From a virus (Duplodnaviria > Caudoviricetes): 34,919 nt of DNA. A program made the translations under genes and the position numbers. Positions 34,570 to 34,919 of the stretch are shown here, in pieces. The notes beneath the pieces were generated by a model. The model was given only the letters and a program-made list of their open reading frames with translations, was not told the DNA's origin and searched no databases. Position 1 is the first letter of the stretch; each line of letters opens with the position of its first letter. The DNA is taken from positions 1-34,919 of the IMG/VR virus record IMGVR_UViG_3300027653_000036; one strand, given 5' to 3'.

Positions 34570-34706
34570 CAAAACCAACTCGCATGAGGACTCTCAACAA
34601 CTCTATCCTCGTTCATGATTTTGTCTTTCATTCTCACGTCATAGCACGATTCGCATAAGTGACCTTTTTCAATCTTCGTATCGCAATCAACGCATTTCAT
34701 TTTCAT
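34569..34706 (-). CDS. Small zinc-finger-like protein (45 aa)
   Basis: CVDC...CESC; RBS GGAGG. Confidence 0.6.
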   Translation of the reverse strand: MKMKCVDCDTKIEKGHLCESCYDVRMKDKIMNEDRVVESPHASWF

Positions 34707-34919
34707 CGACCTCCGTCACCTCAACTTCTACAAAGTCAAAGTTTTTCGAGATGTTCTCCCACCCAAAATTACGTATCGAGTTTTCTCCGTATTCCCTAAT
34801 CATGATTTCATCGTGTTTTTTCATAATTTCTATCCATTCTTCTTTGTCATAATAGATATCTGCTCTGCTTAAATCTTCTGTTAAAAAATCAACTGAATCG
34901 TCAGAACGTAAATATAATG
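34687..34919 (-). CDS. Hypothetical protein, 5' end beyond window
   Basis: Open frame from the window edge to TGA at 34687-34689. Confidence 0.6.
   Translation of the reverse strand, partial: LYLRSDDSVDFLTEDLSRADIYYDKEEWIEIMKKHDEIMIREYGENSIRNFGWENISKNFDFVEVEVTEVDENEMR

Larger units (their letters stand above)
1..34919. mobile_element. Temperate siphovirus genome (A118-like morphogenesis module), permuted with intact attP; incomplete at both edges
   Basis: Integrase, repressor switch, replication, packaging, head, tail and lysis modules are all present and no host genes are seen. The lysis module joins the integrase across a tRNA-fragment att core. Confidence 0.95.

Overview
Most of the genome of a temperate siphovirus of a low-GC Bacillaceae-type host, in a circularly permuted (excised/attP) arrangement. 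Nearly all genes are on the minus strand. Reading from the right end: accessory early/middle genes (DUF1064-type nuclease, MazG-like protein, dimeric dUTPase), a late activator, then an A118-like morphogenesis module (TerS, PBSX-type TerL, portal, minor capsid, GP20 scaffold, major capsid, head-tail proteins, major tail, chaperones, tape measure, Dit, Tal/tail spike), holin and amidase endolysin. Between the lysin and the tyrosine integrase lie a plus-strand accessory island and an intact attP (3' half of tRNA-Thr(GGT), flanked by arm-type repeats). Then come an ImmA/repressor/Cro switch, antirepressor, Xis, recombination genes and replication genes; the DnaC-like loader is cut by the window edge. 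The most notable feature is the island at 10074-11942. It has two near-identical strong sigma-A promoters, each with the same 18-bp palindromic operator, driving small unknown genes, an AP2-domain gene, an HTH-fusion gene with an internal start and a very acidic protein. This is the architecture of an autoregulated anti-CRISPR/anti-defence locus, and I cannot match its effectors to a named family. Family assignments come from motif recognition and synteny, not database searches.
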